Source: an uncultured Gemmatimonadales bacterium (GTDB taxonomy: Bacteria > Gemmatimonadota > Gemmatimonadetes > Palauibacterales > Palauibacteraceae). Taken from it: a stretch of 64,000 bases of DNA. The position numbers and the translations under genes are program-made. The stretch spans positions 160,001 through 224,000 of the forward strand of contig CAWANJ010000001.1 in the NCBI GenBank assembly GCA_963783385.1, given 5' to 3'. Below the pieces are notes generated by a model. The model was not told where the DNA came from and ran no database searches. It saw nothing but the letters and a program-made list of their open reading frames with translations. Positions 39,531 to 49,900 of this stretch are shown here, piece by piece; position 1 is the stretch's first letter; every line of letters starts with the position of its first letter.

Positions 39531-39560
39531 AAGGTAGGCGAGATGGGCCTGGCCTGTCAA
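39531..39560 (-). promoter_or_regulatory. Sigma70-like promoter of ssb
   Basis: TTGACA-N18-TACCTT, with the -35 box overlapping the rimI stop. Confidence 0.65.
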
Positions 39561-40069
39561 CGAATTTCGTGGTCGTCCGCCGCCGGCGCCGGACGCGGGA
39601 TCTCGAAGCCGAGGACCAGTGCATCCTCGCGCGGAGCGCGATAATAGGCTCGACGCCGGCCCACGACCCGAAAGCCCGCAGCGGAGTACAGCCGGCGCGC
39701 CGCGACGTTACTGACACGGACCTGCAGGTAGAGGCCGACCGCGCCCCGCCCTGCCGCCACGCCCACGACCGCCCCCAGGAGTCTGCGGCCGATCCCGCGT
39801 CGCCGAACCGAGGGGGCGACGGCCAGGTCGGCCAGCTCGCCGCGGTCCCCGCTGAACCAGACGGCCGCGTACCCGACCAGGCGACCCCCGAGCTCGCTGA
39901 CCAGGAGCACGGCATCGGGCCGCGCGAACAGGTTTCGGAACGCGCGCTCGGACCAGGGGGTTGGAAAGGAGGCGCGCTCGATGGCGACCACGGCCGGCAG
40001 GTCCTCTCGGCAGCCCTCCCGGATGAGGAGGGTGGTCCCGGCGTCCTCCTCAGACGCCACGCTCAGCAC
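39557..40069 (-). CDS. rimI: Ribosomal-protein-alanine N-acetyltransferase (GNAT)
   Basis: Motifs IERASFPTPWS, LAVAPSVRRRGIG, VRVSNVAARRLY and RRAYYRAPREDAL. Follows tsaB. Confidence 0.9.
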   Translation of the reverse strand: MLSVASEEDAGTTLLIREGCREDLPAVVAIERASFPTPWSERAFRNLFARPDAVLLVSELGGRLVGYAAVWFSGDRGELADLAVAPSVRRRGIGRRLLGAVVGVAAGRGAVGLYLQVRVSNVAARRLYSAAGFRVVGRRRAYYRAPREDALVLGFEIPRPAPAADDHEIR

Positions 40070-40719
40070 CCGAGGCTCGGGCGTACGTGGGCTCCCAATC
40101 CGAGGGCTCGGCCACGCGTCCCCGGTCGGGGGCGATGGCCGCGAGCCGGAGAAGCGCCCCGGCGCGTGGGAACGCGTGCAGCCAGGACAACACGCGGGCC
40201 CCACGGGCCTCGAGCGCCTGGCGGTGGAGGATGGCCCCGTCCCCCGCGAAGCACCACGATCCGGCCTCGTCGAGCCCGGCGAGAACCTCCTCCAGGGACG
40301 CGGCCACGGGGCCCTGCACCGGCCCGACCGGGGAAGTCCATCTCCCAGGCCGCCGCGTACACCTGACCCCTCCTGGCGTCGAACAGGACACAGATGCGGC
40401 CGGCGAGTCCGGTTCCGACGGCCACGGCCTCGAGGCTCGAATACGCGAACAGGCGTGCGCGACGGGCCGCGCACAGGCCCTTACCGAGGGCAGCCGCGAT
40501 GCGGACACCCGTGAAGGAGCCGGGCCCGGCTCCGACGACCACGGCCTCCACGGAGCCGGGCTTCTCCCCGCATCGGTCCAGGAGACGCCGAACTTCCGGG
40601 AGCACGGTCTCCGAGTGGGCCGCCCGTGCGGAGAAGCTGGTCTCCCCGAGGAGCTCGCCGGAGCGCCCGACTCCCACGCTGCCGAGCCGGGTGCTCGTGT
40701 CGATCGCCACGGTCAGCAC
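40050..40719 (-). CDS. tsaB: tRNA threonylcarbamoyladenosine biosynthesis protein TsaB (frameshift near 40325)
   Basis: AIDTST, HSETVLP, GPGSFTGVRI and DARRGQVY, with the C-terminal FAGDG...WEPTYAR in the next frame. Confidence 0.9.
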
Positions 40720-41201
40720 GGTGTCTCCTCGGAGACGGGCGCCGCCGGGAGCGGCGGGGCCGCGCCCCGGGCCCTGGCCCGGAGGCGTCTGCTCCTCCCC
40801 GCCTGCTCCATGGCCAGGTCCACGTCCCACCGGTCCGGGGGCAGCGCCCCGGACGCCCGGTCGGCCCACTCCACGAACACCGAGTCGCCCGACTCGATGA
40901 GGTCGTCCCAGCCCAGGTCGACCAGCTCGGCCGTGGAGCCGATGCGATACAGGTCCAGGTGGTGCAGCGTGCCGCCACCCGACAGCCGGTGCCGGTGGTG
41001 CAGCGTGTAGGTCGGGCTGCGGGCCGGTTCGAGGGCCCCGGCCGCCCGGCTGGCAGCGCGGACCAGCGAGGTCTTCCCCGCTCCCAGGGGACCCGTGAGC
41101 GCCACGACGAGGCCCTCGCCGGCGGCCATCCGTCCCACGGCCTCTCCCCACGCCTCGAGCGCCCGCGGGCCGACCGTGACATCCAGACGCCGCGGGCTCA
41201 T
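40713..41201 (-). CDS. tsaE: tRNA t6A biosynthesis ATPase TsaE
   Basis: Motifs [21 protein letters not shown] and FVEWAD. Confidence 0.94.
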   Translation of the reverse strand: MSPRRLDVTVGPRALEAWGEAVGRMAAGEGLVVALTGPLGAGKTSLVRAASRAAGALEPARSPTYTLHHRHRLSGGGTLHHLDLYRIGSTAELVDLGWDDLIESGDSVFVEWADRASGALPPDRWDVDLAMEQAGRSRRLRARARGAAPPLPAAPVSEETPC

Positions 41202-43327
41202 CCCGAGCCGTCGCCTCCGGCTCGACGGATGGCCGAGATGCGGGATCGCCGGGCGCGGCGCTCGCCACCCTCCATGGATGCCTTCACGTCGAACAGCTCG
41301 TCACGCAGGCGGGCGGCGCGCTCGAAGTCCAGGGCCTCGGCCGCCTCTCGCATCTCGGTCTCCAGGACCCGGATGAGCTCCGCCGGCTCGAGGTCCTCGT
41401 AGCGCTCCCCGGCCTCGCGCACGGCGGCGGGGGCCGGACCGCGAGCGTCGGCCACGGACGTCGAGAAGCGGATCTGGTCCACGGACTTCACGATCGAGCG
41501 CGGCTCGATCCCGTGCTCCTCGTTGTACGCCGCCTGCACCTCCCGCCGCCGATCCGTCTCCCCGAGGGCGCGGTGCATCGAGTTCGTCATCCGGTCGGCG
41601 TAGAGGATCGCGGTGCCGTTCAGGTTCCGCGCGGCGCGTCCGATGGTCTGGATCAGGGAGGTCTCGGAGCGCAGGAAGCCCTCCTTGTCCGCGTCCAGGA
41701 TGGCGACCAGGGAGACCTCCGGGAGGTCGAGCCCCTCTCGCAGCAGGTTGATCCCTACCAGGACATCGAACTCGCCCAGGCGGAGGCCACGCAGGATCTC
41801 CACGCGTTCGATCGAGTCGATGTCGGAGTGCATGTAGCGGACGCGCACGCCCCGGGCGTGGAGGAAGTCCGCCAGGTCCTCGGACATCCGCTTGGTCAGC
41901 GTCGTGACCAGCACACGCTCGTTGCGCTCCGTGCGGGCGCGGATCTCCGCCAGGAGATCGTCGACCTGTCCGCGCACCGGCCGAATTTCCACCCGGGGGT
42001 CCAGGAGCCCGGTGGGCCGGATGAGCTGCTCCACGATGACGCCTCCGGACTTCTCGAGCTCGTAGTCGCCCGGCGTCGCGCTCACGAACACGGCCTGCGA
42101 CACCACGTCCTCCCACTCGTCGAAGGACAGGGGACGGTTGTCGAGAGCCGACGGCAGCCGGAAGCCGTGCTCTACCAGGGTGGTCTTCCGGCTGCGGTCT
42201 CCCCTGTACATGGCACCTATCTGGGGCACCGTCACGTGCGACTCATCCACGATGACCATGAAGTCGTCGGGGAAATAGTCCAGGAGGCAGTAGGGCCGCT
42301 CGCCGGGGCGCCGGCCGTCCAGGTGCCGCGAGTAGTTCTCGATGCCAGGACACACGCCGATCTCGCGCATCATCTCGAGGTCGAAGCGGGTGCGGGTCTC
42401 GAGCCTCTGGGCCTCGAGCAGGAGGTCGTCCTGCTGCAGCACGAGCAGCCGCTCCTCCAGCTCCCGCTCGATCTTCTCGATGGCCGTCTTCAGCCGGTCC
42501 GGCTGAATGGCGTAGTGGGTGGCGGGGAAAATCGCCGTGCGAGGCAGACGCGCGATGACCTCGCCCGTGAGGGGATCTATCTTGGAGATGCGCTCGATCG
42601 TGTCGCCCCACAGCTCGATGCGCACCGCCTGCTCCTCGTAGGCGGGCATGACCTCGACCACGTCGCCTCGCACGCGGAAGGTCCCGCGCTGGAAGTCCAG
42701 GTCATTGCGGGAATACTGGATGTCGACCAGGCCCCGCAGGATCTTCCGGCGCCCGATCTCCTGCCCCTCCTCCAGGGTCACCATCATGGCCCGGTAGCCG
42801 CGCGGGTCGCCCAGGCCGTAGATGGCGGACACGGAGGCGACCACGATGACGTCGCGGCGCTCCATGAGGGACGACGTGGCGCGAAGGCGCAGCCGGTCAA
42901 TGTCCTCGTTGATCGAGGCGTCCTTCTCGATGAACGTGTCGGTCTCGGGGACGTAGGCCTCGGGCTGGTAGTAGTCGTAGTACGAGATGAAGTACTCGAC
43001 GGCGTCCCTCGGGAAGAACTGGCGCAGCTCCCCGTACAGCTGCGCGGCCAGCGTCTTGTTGTGGCTCATGACGAGCGTGGGGAGTCCGGTCCGCTCGATG
43101 ACAGCCGCCATCGTCACGGTCTTCCCGCTCCCTGTCACCCCGAGGAGCGTCTGCCAGCGGTCCCCTCGGAGCACGCCCTCGGTGAGCTCCTCGATCGCCC
43201 GCGGCTGGTCGCCGGTAGGCTCGAAGGGGAGCTGGAGGTCGAACACCTCCGAGCGAGGCGTGTCCGCGTCCGGCCACGCCCCCGCCCCGCCCTCGCTCCG
43301 GCCCCCGGGGTCCGCCCTCCACACCAC
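41198..43327 (-). CDS. uvrB: Excinuclease ABC subunit B
   Basis: Motifs [47 protein letters not shown] and a UVR domain. The true start may be about 80 bp further downstream. Confidence 0.97.
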   Translation of the reverse strand: MVWRADPGGRSEGGAGAWPDADTPRSEVFDLQLPFEPTGDQPRAIEELTEGVLRGDRWQTLLGVTGSGKTVTMAAVIERTGLPTLVMSHNKTLAAQLYGELRQFFPRDAVEYFISYYDYYQPEAYVPETDTFIEKDASINEDIDRLRLRATSSLMERRDVIVVASVSAIYGLGDPRGYRAMMVTLEEGQEIGRRKILRGLVDIQYSRNDLDFQRGTFRVRGDVVEVMPAYEEQAVRIELWGDTIERISKIDPLTGEVIARLPRTAIFPATHYAIQPDRLKTAIEKIERELEERLLVLQQDDLLLEAQRLETRTRFDLEMMREIGVCPGIENYSRHLDGRRPGERPYCLLDYFPDDFMVIVDESHVTVPQIGAMYRGDRSRKTTLVEHGFRLPSALDNRPLSFDEWEDVVSQAVFVSATPGDYELEKSGGVIVEQLIRPTGLLDPRVEIRPVRGQVDDLLAEIRARTERNERVLVTTLTKRMSEDLADFLHARGVRVRYMHSDIDSIERVEILRGLRLGEFDVLVGINLLREGLDLPEVSLVAILDADKEGFLRSETSLIQTIGRAARNLNGTAILYADRMTNSMHRALGETDRRREVQAAYNEEHGIEPRSIVKSVDQIRFSTSVADARGPAPAAVREAGERYEDLEPAELIRVLETEMREAAEALDFERAARLRDELFDVKASMEGGERRARRSRISAIRRAGGDGSG

Positions 43328-43330
43328 CGG

Positions 43331-45568
43331 TCAGGACTCCAGCGTGAGGTCGCTCTCGCCGAAGCTCTCCTTGCGCTCCACGCGGAGGACGCCCTTCACG
43401 CGCCGGATCCTCTTCATCACCTTCCGCAGGTGTCCGAGGTCCTCGACCTCCACCACGAACTGGCCGCGCATGCCCCCCTCGACGCCGTCAATGTCAGCCG
43501 ACTGGATGTTGGTGCCCGTGTCCGAGATCGCACGGGCGATGTCGCCCAGGAGTCCGTGGCGGTCCGTGCCCTCCATGGTCAGGCGCACGAGGAAGCGCTG
43601 GTCGGACCTGGCGTCCCACTCGATGTCGACCCGGCGCTCGGGCCGGTCCGAAAGGCTGAGGATGTTGGGGCAGTCCTTGCGGTGAATCGAGATTCCGCGG
43701 CCGCGCGTGATGTAGCCGATCACCTCGTCGCCCGGCACCGGCTGACAGCACTGGGAGTAACGGATCATCAGGTTGTCCATGCCCTGGATCCGGATCCCCT
43801 TGTTGTCGCCGCGCACCCGGTCGACGAGGCGGGTGATCGGGTTGGAGGCGCGCACCGGCTCGGGCGGCTCCTCCCCGGGACACAGGACGCGCATGACGCG
43901 CGTTATGCCCACGTCTCCCCGACCGAGCGCCGCGTGCAGTCCGTCCACTCCCCCGTTGAGGCCCAGGCTACGGGCCGTGGCGCGGAGCTGCTCGTTGTCC
44001 GCCTTGTGGCGCCGCTTCCGGCACTCCCGGTCCAGGATCTCCCGTCCGATGTGCACGGCCGACTCGTGCTCCTCGCGGCGGATCCACTGGCGGATCCGAT
44101 GGCGCGCGCGGCTCGTCTGCACGAACCCGAGCCAGTCCCGGCTCGGCGTCTGCGATTCCGAGGTAATGATCTCGACCGTGTCGCCGTTCTTGAGCGGCCG
44201 GGACAGCGGTGCGATCTGGTCGTTCACGCGGGCGCCGGCGCAGTGGTGGCCGATCTCGGTGTGCACGGCGTACGCGAAGTCGATCGGCGTGGCGTCCTTG
44301 GGGAGCTGCTTCACGTCACCGGCCGGAGTGAACACGAAGATCTCGTCCTGGAACAGGTCGATCCGGAGGAACTCCATGTACTCCTCCGGCTCGCGGGTCT
44401 CCTGCTGCCATTCGAGCACCTGGCGGAACCACACGAGCTGCTCGTCGACCTCGTCCGTGTCGCGCCGATCCTCCTTGTAGCGCCAGTGCGCCGCGATCCC
44501 CATCTCCGCCGTGCGGTGCATCTCCTCGGTGCGGATCTGGATCTCGTATAGCCTGCCGCCGGGTCCGAAGATCGTCGTGTGCAGGCTCCGGTACAGGTTC
44601 GACTTGGGCGTCGCGATGTAGTCGTGGAAGCGCTCGGTGAGGGGCGTCCACTTGTTGTGGATGACACCGAGGGCGTGGTAGCAGTCCCGGATCGTCGGGA
44701 CCACGACCCGCATGGCCAGGATGTCGTAGATCTCCTCGAAGGGCTTCCCACGCCTCTGCATCTTGCGGTAGATGGACCACAGGTGCTTGGCCCGTCCCGC
44801 GATCGAGCACTCGAGCCCCGCTTCGCGGAGCTCGGCCTCGAGCGGCTCCTGGAGCCGACGAATGAGTTCCTCCCGCTCCCGGCGCGTGTCCGCGACCTTG
44901 CGGGCCAACTCCCTGTAGGCCTCGGGTTCGAGGTTCTTGAACGCCAGGTCCTCCAGCTCCCACTTGACCTTCGCCATCCCCAGGCGGTGCGCGAGGGGGG
45001 CGTAGATCTCGCGCGTCTCGAGCGCGATGGGCCGGCGCCGGGACTCCGGCAGGTGCTCCAGGGTGCGCATGTTGTGCAGCCGGTCGGCGAGCTTGACCAG
45101 GATCACCCGGGCATCGCGGGCCATGGACAGGAGGAGCTTCCGGTAGTTCTCCACCTGGCGCTCGGCCAGCGAGCCGAGCTCGACCCGCGAGATCTTGGTG
45201 AGCCCGTCCACGATGGTGGCGATCTCGCTCCCGAACTCCTGGCGGATCTCCTCCACCGACGTGCCCGTGTCCTCCACCACGTCGTGCAGGAGGGAGGCGG
45301 CGATGGACACGGTGTCCAGGTGGATCCCGCTCAGGATCTTGGCGACCTCGACGCAGTGGGTGATGTAGTCGTCCCCCGACTCGCGCTTCTGGCCGGCGTG
45401 CTTCTCCTTGGCGTACTGGAACGCCAGCGCCAGGAGCTCCAGGTCCAGGCGCTTCTCGCTCCCCTGTATGGCACGCAGGAAGTCCGGGGGCAGCAGCGCG
45501 GCCGGCCCCTGGGGGGCCTCGGCGGCACCGGTCCCCGACGTCACGCTCTGCTCGGTCGCTTCGGGCAT
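43331..45568 (-). CDS. rel: Bifunctional (p)ppGpp synthetase/hydrolase (Rel/SpoT) with TGS and ACT domains
   Basis: Intact hydrolase motif (LLHDVVEDT), KLADRLHNMRTL, YRSLHTT, EIQIRT, TGS (PIDFAYAVHT), CCQPVPGD and an ACT domain. Confidence 0.95.
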   Translation of the reverse strand: MPEATEQSVTSGTGAAEAPQGPAALLPPDFLRAIQGSEKRLDLELLALAFQYAKEKHAGQKRESGDDYITHCVEVAKILSGIHLDTVSIAASLLHDVVEDTGTSVEEIRQEFGSEIATIVDGLTKISRVELGSLAERQVENYRKLLLSMARDARVILVKLADRLHNMRTLEHLPESRRRPIALETREIYAPLAHRLGMAKVKWELEDLAFKNLEPEAYRELARKVADTRREREELIRRLQEPLEAELREAGLECSIAGRAKHLWSIYRKMQRRGKPFEEIYDILAMRVVVPTIRDCYHALGVIHNKWTPLTERFHDYIATPKSNLYRSLHTTIFGPGGRLYEIQIRTEEMHRTAEMGIAAHWRYKEDRRDTDEVDEQLVWFRQVLEWQQETREPEEYMEFLRIDLFQDEIFVFTPAGDVKQLPKDATPIDFAYAVHTEIGHHCAGARVNDQIAPLSRPLKNGDTVEIITSESQTPSRDWLGFVQTSRARHRIRQWIRREEHESAVHIGREILDRECRKRRHKADNEQLRATARSLGLNGGVDGLHAALGRGDVGITRVMRVLCPGEEPPEPVRASNPITRLVDRVRGDNKGIRIQGMDNLMIRYSQCCQPVPGDEVIGYITRGRGISIHRKDCPNILSLSDRPERRVDIEWDARSDQRFLVRLTMEGTDRHGLLGDIARAISDTGTNIQSADIDGVEGGMRGQFVVEVEDLGHLRKVMKRIRRVKGVLRVERKESFGESDLTLES

Positions 45569-45670
45569 GGTCTCACCTGCCGGAGGATCACCGCGAGATG
45601 TGCGGCAACTCCATGGTACGCACGAGGCGACACGGGGTGCCAGTTCCGAAACGGCTGCGAGCGGACGATG

Positions 45671-45730
45671 GGCCGACGGGGGGATCCCTCTCCGACTGCG
45701 GCTCCGCTCCGAGGGACGCCCCCGCCGGCC
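45671..45730. repeat. GC-rich imperfect palindrome (REP-like element, copy 1)
   Basis: ggccgacggggggatccctc (45671-45690) pairs at 17 of 20 positions with gagggacgcccccgccggcc (45711-45730). The loop contains ctgcggctccgctcc. Confidence 0.6.
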
Positions 45731-45810
45731 CGGGACCAGCCCCGTTTCAGATGGCGTTGAGGGGGAGGTGGTTCGTCCCGTCGCACCGGTCACGATGCGA
45801 GGGGAGGCGC

Positions 45811-46509
45811 ATGGCTCCGACGATCAGGGAATGGCCCACGGAGGAGAGGCCGAGGGAGCGGCTGGCGGCCCTGCGGGCCGAGGCGCTGTCGGTCCGGGAG
45901 CTCCTGGCGCTCCTGCTGGGATCGGGAGCGCGCGGCCGTTCGGCAGTCGTCCTGGCCGGGGACCTGCTCGAGGCGTTCGGGGGCTCCCTGCGGCGCCTCG
46001 GGTCGGCCGAGCCGGCCGTGCTGGAGACGGTCCGGGGTGTGGGGCCGGCCCGCGCCGCAGCGGTCGCGGCGGCCTTCGAGCTGGGGCGCCGGGCGGCGGC
46101 GGAGCCGGCACGGAGAGAGCCCCGCATCCGGGGACCGGCCGACGTGCACCGGCGACTGGGGCCGCGCCTGAGGGACCGACGGCAGGAGGAGTTCTGGGCC
46201 GTGTACCTGGATACGCAGAACCGGGTCCTGGTGGAGCGGCGGCTCACCGTGGGTCTCCTGGACTCGTCCCTGGTCCACCCCCGCGAGGTGTTCGTGCACG
46301 CCGTCTCGGAGGCCGCCTCCAGCCTCCTCCTGGCCCACAACCACCCCAGCGGCGACCCCGAGCCCTCGGCCGACGACATCGCCGTGACCCGCCAGCTCGT
46401 GGCCAGCGGGCGCCTCCTCGGCATCCCGGTCCGCGACCACGTCGTCCTCGGCGACGACCGCTACGTGAGCCTCATGGAGCGGGGACTGCTGGCGGGCGAG
46501 AAGGGGTGA
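45811..46509 (+). CDS. radC: RadC family protein (HhH + JAB/MPN domain)
   Basis: Motifs ERPRERL, ELLALLLGSG, QEEFWAVYLD, VHPREVF, HNHPSGDPEPSADD and DHVVLG. Confidence 0.95.
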   Translation: MAPTIREWPTEERPRERLAALRAEALSVRELLALLLGSGARGRSAVVLAGDLLEAFGGSLRRLGSAEPAVLETVRGVGPARAAAVAAAFELGRRAAAEPARREPRIRGPADVHRRLGPRLRDRRQEEFWAVYLDTQNRVLVERRLTVGLLDSSLVHPREVFVHAVSEAASSLLLAHNHPSGDPEPSADDIAVTRQLVASGRLLGIPVRDHVVLGDDRYVSLMERGLLAGEKG

Positions 46510-46781
46510 GCCAGACCGGGACGCGCCAGCGCGTCACGATGGCCTTGCCCTCTAACGACGGTGCCGGTTCCAGGGCCGGCGATCGTGCCGATCGGTGCAC
46601 ACCTGTATGCAGGTTGGCCGCACGAAGCGCTCGTGGCTGTCGGGAGAACCTCCGCGCGGCTGTGGGGAGCTCCATCGGCCGAGCTACCCGGGCACAGAGC
46701 AAGCCGAAGGAGATGGAGCGGACGGGCGGGCGGGCCTGGCGGCGAGCCGACGCCCCTGCGGCCGCCGTGTACGAGCTGGGA

Positions 46782-46942
46782 GGCGGCCGGGCGCGGGGAT
46801 CCCCCGGAGCGGAGCCGCAGCGGAGCGGCGTGGATGCGGGCTGCGACCGTGAAGAAAGGTGTGTCTGGTGGCGGGCTATCCCGTGATGAGCGGCGGGCGC
46901 GAAGCGAAGGCGGAGCGCAGGGGGACCCCGCGCCCGGCCGCC
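46782..46942. repeat. 161-bp element bounded by 23-bp inverted repeats (REP/MITE-like, copy 2)
   Basis: ggcggccgggcgcgggg(a)tccccc at 46782-46805 matches the reverse complement of 46920-46942 except for one bulged A. Confidence 0.7.
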
Positions 46943-46977
46943 CCGCCTGGAGGGCTACAGGCTGTCCAGGCGACTCG

Positions 46978-49900
46978 TCAGGCCAGCCGTCCGTGGCACT
47001 TCTTGTACTTCTTACCCGATCCGCACGGACACGGGTCGTTGCGCCCCGGCTCCTCGTTCACGTCGAGCGGCTCATCCGGCCGGATGACCCGGGCCCCGCC
47101 CGGCGCCATCTGCGCCGCCGAACCGTCCGCCGAGGCCGAGGTGGCCACGCCCGTCGCCGCGAAAGCCGGCTCCTGCTCCTCGACACCGGCCCCGTCTCCT
47201 CCGGGCGTCATCGAGCCCACGCCGGTGGCGGGGCTCTCGTCCGGACCCGACATGGCCGTGATCTGCGGGGCACGCAGCCGTTGCTGCGGCTCCGGCTCGA
47301 TCTGCGCTCGGAACAGGAAGTTCGCGACGGCGCGCCGCAGCTCTGTCATCATGGCCACGAACTCGTCGAACGCCTCCTGCTTGTACTCGATCAGCGGGTC
47401 CTTCTGGCCCCACGCCCGGTACCGGATGGAGTCGCGCAGGTGGTCGAGCTCGTACAGGTGATCTTTCCACTTGTCGTCGATCACCGAGAGGACGATGAAG
47501 CTGAGGATTCGCTCCCAGTGCTCCCCGAAGCTCTCGATCTTGTGCCGGTAGGCCTCGTGGGCGTGCTCGACCACGGCCTCCAGGAGGTCCTCCGGGTCGG
47601 ACCACGGCAGGTCGGCCCGTGAGCTCTCGCCCTCCGGCAGGAAGTCGACCAGCAGGAAGTAGTCGAGGATCAGCTTCTCGCGGAGCCCGGCCAGGTCCCA
47701 GCGCTCCGGGTGGGTGCCCGCCTCCACGAAGTCGACCACGTCCCCGCGCAGGGCCGCCTCGATCATCTCCCACGCCTCGCCCTTGAGGTCCTCTCCCCCC
47801 TCCAGGGCGAACAGCCGGAGGTCGTAGATGACCTCGCGCTGCTGGTTCATGACGTCGTCGTACTCCAGCAGCTTCTTGCGGGCCTCGAAGTTCTGGAGCT
47901 CCACCCGCTTCTGAGCCCGCTCGAGCGCCTTGGTCATCCACGGGTCCGAGATGACCTCGCCCTCCTTCATGCCGGCCCGGTCCAGCCACTTGGCGATGCG
48001 GTCGGATCCGAACAGCCGCATGAGGTCGTCTTCGAGCGACACGAAGAAGCGGCTCGAGCCAGGATCCCCCTGGCGGCCCGAGCGGCCCCGCAGCTGCCGG
48101 TCGATGCGGCGGGCCTCGTGGCGCTCGGTGCCCAGAATCTGGAGGCCGCAGGGCGGGTCCACCTGGCAACCCAGCTCCTCGATCTGGGCCGGCGACAGGT
48201 CGGGCGTCTCCTCCACCTGGCCGAAGGCGGGCTCCTCGGAGAGAATCCCGCACACCTCGCACTTCACGACGCCGGGCCCGAGCTTAATGTCCGTGCCGCG
48301 GCCGGCCATGTTCGTGGCGATGGTGATCGCGCCGGGCTGTCCGGCGTTGGCCACGATCTGGGCTTCCCGCTCGTGGTTCTTGGCGTTGAGGACCTCGTGC
48401 TCCATGCCGCGCCGCCGGAGCACCCGGGAGATCATTTCCGACACCTCGACGCTGGTGGTGCCGACCAGGATCGGCAGACCGCGCTCGTGGAGTCGCTCGA
48501 TCTCCTCGAGGAGCGACGCGTACTTCTCCCGCTTGGTGCGGAAGATCACGTCCTCCTGGTCGACTCGCCGAACCGGGCGGTTCGTCGGGATCACGACGAC
48601 CTCGAGACCATAGATCTCGTGGAACTCGCCCTCCTCCGTCTCCGCCGTGCCCGTCATGCCGGCCAGCTTGTCGTACATGCGGAAGTAGTTCTGGATGGTG
48701 ATCGTGGCGAGGGTCTGGGTCTCCCCCTGCACGGTCACCCCCTCCTTGGCCTCCACGGCCTGGTGGAGTCCGTCGCTCCAGCGCCGTCCCGGCATCTTGC
48801 GGCCCGTGAACTCGTCCACGATGACGATCTGGCCGCCTTCCTCCACGTACTCCACGTCCTTCTCGTACAGGGCGTGGGCCTTCACGAGCTGATGGATGAT
48901 GTGGATCTTCTCCGACTTCTCCGCATACTCGCGTTCCAGCGCCGCGACGGCCTCGCGCTTGTCGGACGCGGACAGCTCCTCGGAGTCTTCGACCTTCTTG
49001 ACCTTCTGGGAGAGGTCTGGGACCACGAAGGCCTCGGGATCGGATGGGCTGAGGACGTCCAGGCCCTGGTCCGAGATCTGGATCGTGTGCCCCTTCTCGT
49101 CCGTCGAGTACAGCAGCAGCTCGTCGATCTCGTGCAGCCGCTTCTCGCGCATGAGGTCGCCCTCCGTGCGCTGCACGAGCTGCTTGACCCCCGTCTCGTT
49201 GAGGAGCTTCATGAGCCGGCGGTTCTTGGGATCACCGCGCTGCGCGGCCAGGAGGAGCTGTCCCGCCTCGTGTTCCTTGGAGGAGTCGTCGTCCTCGCGC
49301 GACTCCTCGAGGAGCTGCTCCCCTTCGGCCACCAGCTCCCGGACAATGCGGCCCTGGCGCCGCACGAGGTCCGCCACCTGGCTGTTGTACTTGCCGTAGA
49401 TCCCCTCGTCGCCCTTGCCGACCGGGCCGCTGATGATCGAGCGGGGTGCGGGCTTCGTCGATGAGAACCGAGTCCACCTCGTCGATGATCGCGTAAGCAT
49501 GGCCGCGCTGCACCCGGTCCTCGAGCCGGACGACCATGTTGTCGCGCAGGTAGTCGAACCCGAACTCGTTGTTCGTCCCGTAGGTGATGTCGCAGCCGTA
49601 CGCCTCCCGGCGCACCTGCGTGCCCGGCTCGGCGTCGTCGATGCAGCCGACCGTGAGCCCCAGGTACTCGAACACGGCCCCCATCCACTGCGAGTCGCGG
49701 CGGGCCAGGTAGTCGTTGACGGTGACGAGGTGGGCGCCCTTTCCGGCGAGCGCGTTCAGGTACAGGGGCATGGTGGCCACGAGCGTCTTGCCCTCGCCGG
49801 TGGCCATCTCGGCGATCTTGCCCTGGTGGAGGACGATCCCGCCGATGAGCTGCACGTCGTAGGGGACCATGTCCCAGGTCGTCGTGTTGCCGGTGACGTG

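Noticed and set aside
41513-44551. 1012-aa plus-strand ORF, and similar long antisense ORFs such as 25374..28136, 20521..22950, 47710..49464 and 36390..38540
   Set aside because: These are shadow frames opposite clear housekeeping genes. They arise from stop-codon scarcity in high-GC DNA and show no recognisable domains.
45620-45652. TGGCAC upstream of rel as a sigma54 promoter
   Set aside because: There is no TTGC -12 element at the required spacing. It fits a weak sigma70-type promoter with TACCAT better.
45811-46509. radC as the marker of an integrated prophage or ICE
   Set aside because: It is the full-length chromosomal type (HhH + JAB), and there is no integrase, tRNA, att site or compositional shift nearby.
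46713-46886. 57-aa plus-strand ORF MERTGGRAW... after AAGGAG
   Set aside because: The SD-like sequence abuts the ATG, the composition looks like translated GC-rich non-coding DNA, and it overlaps the inverted-repeat element.
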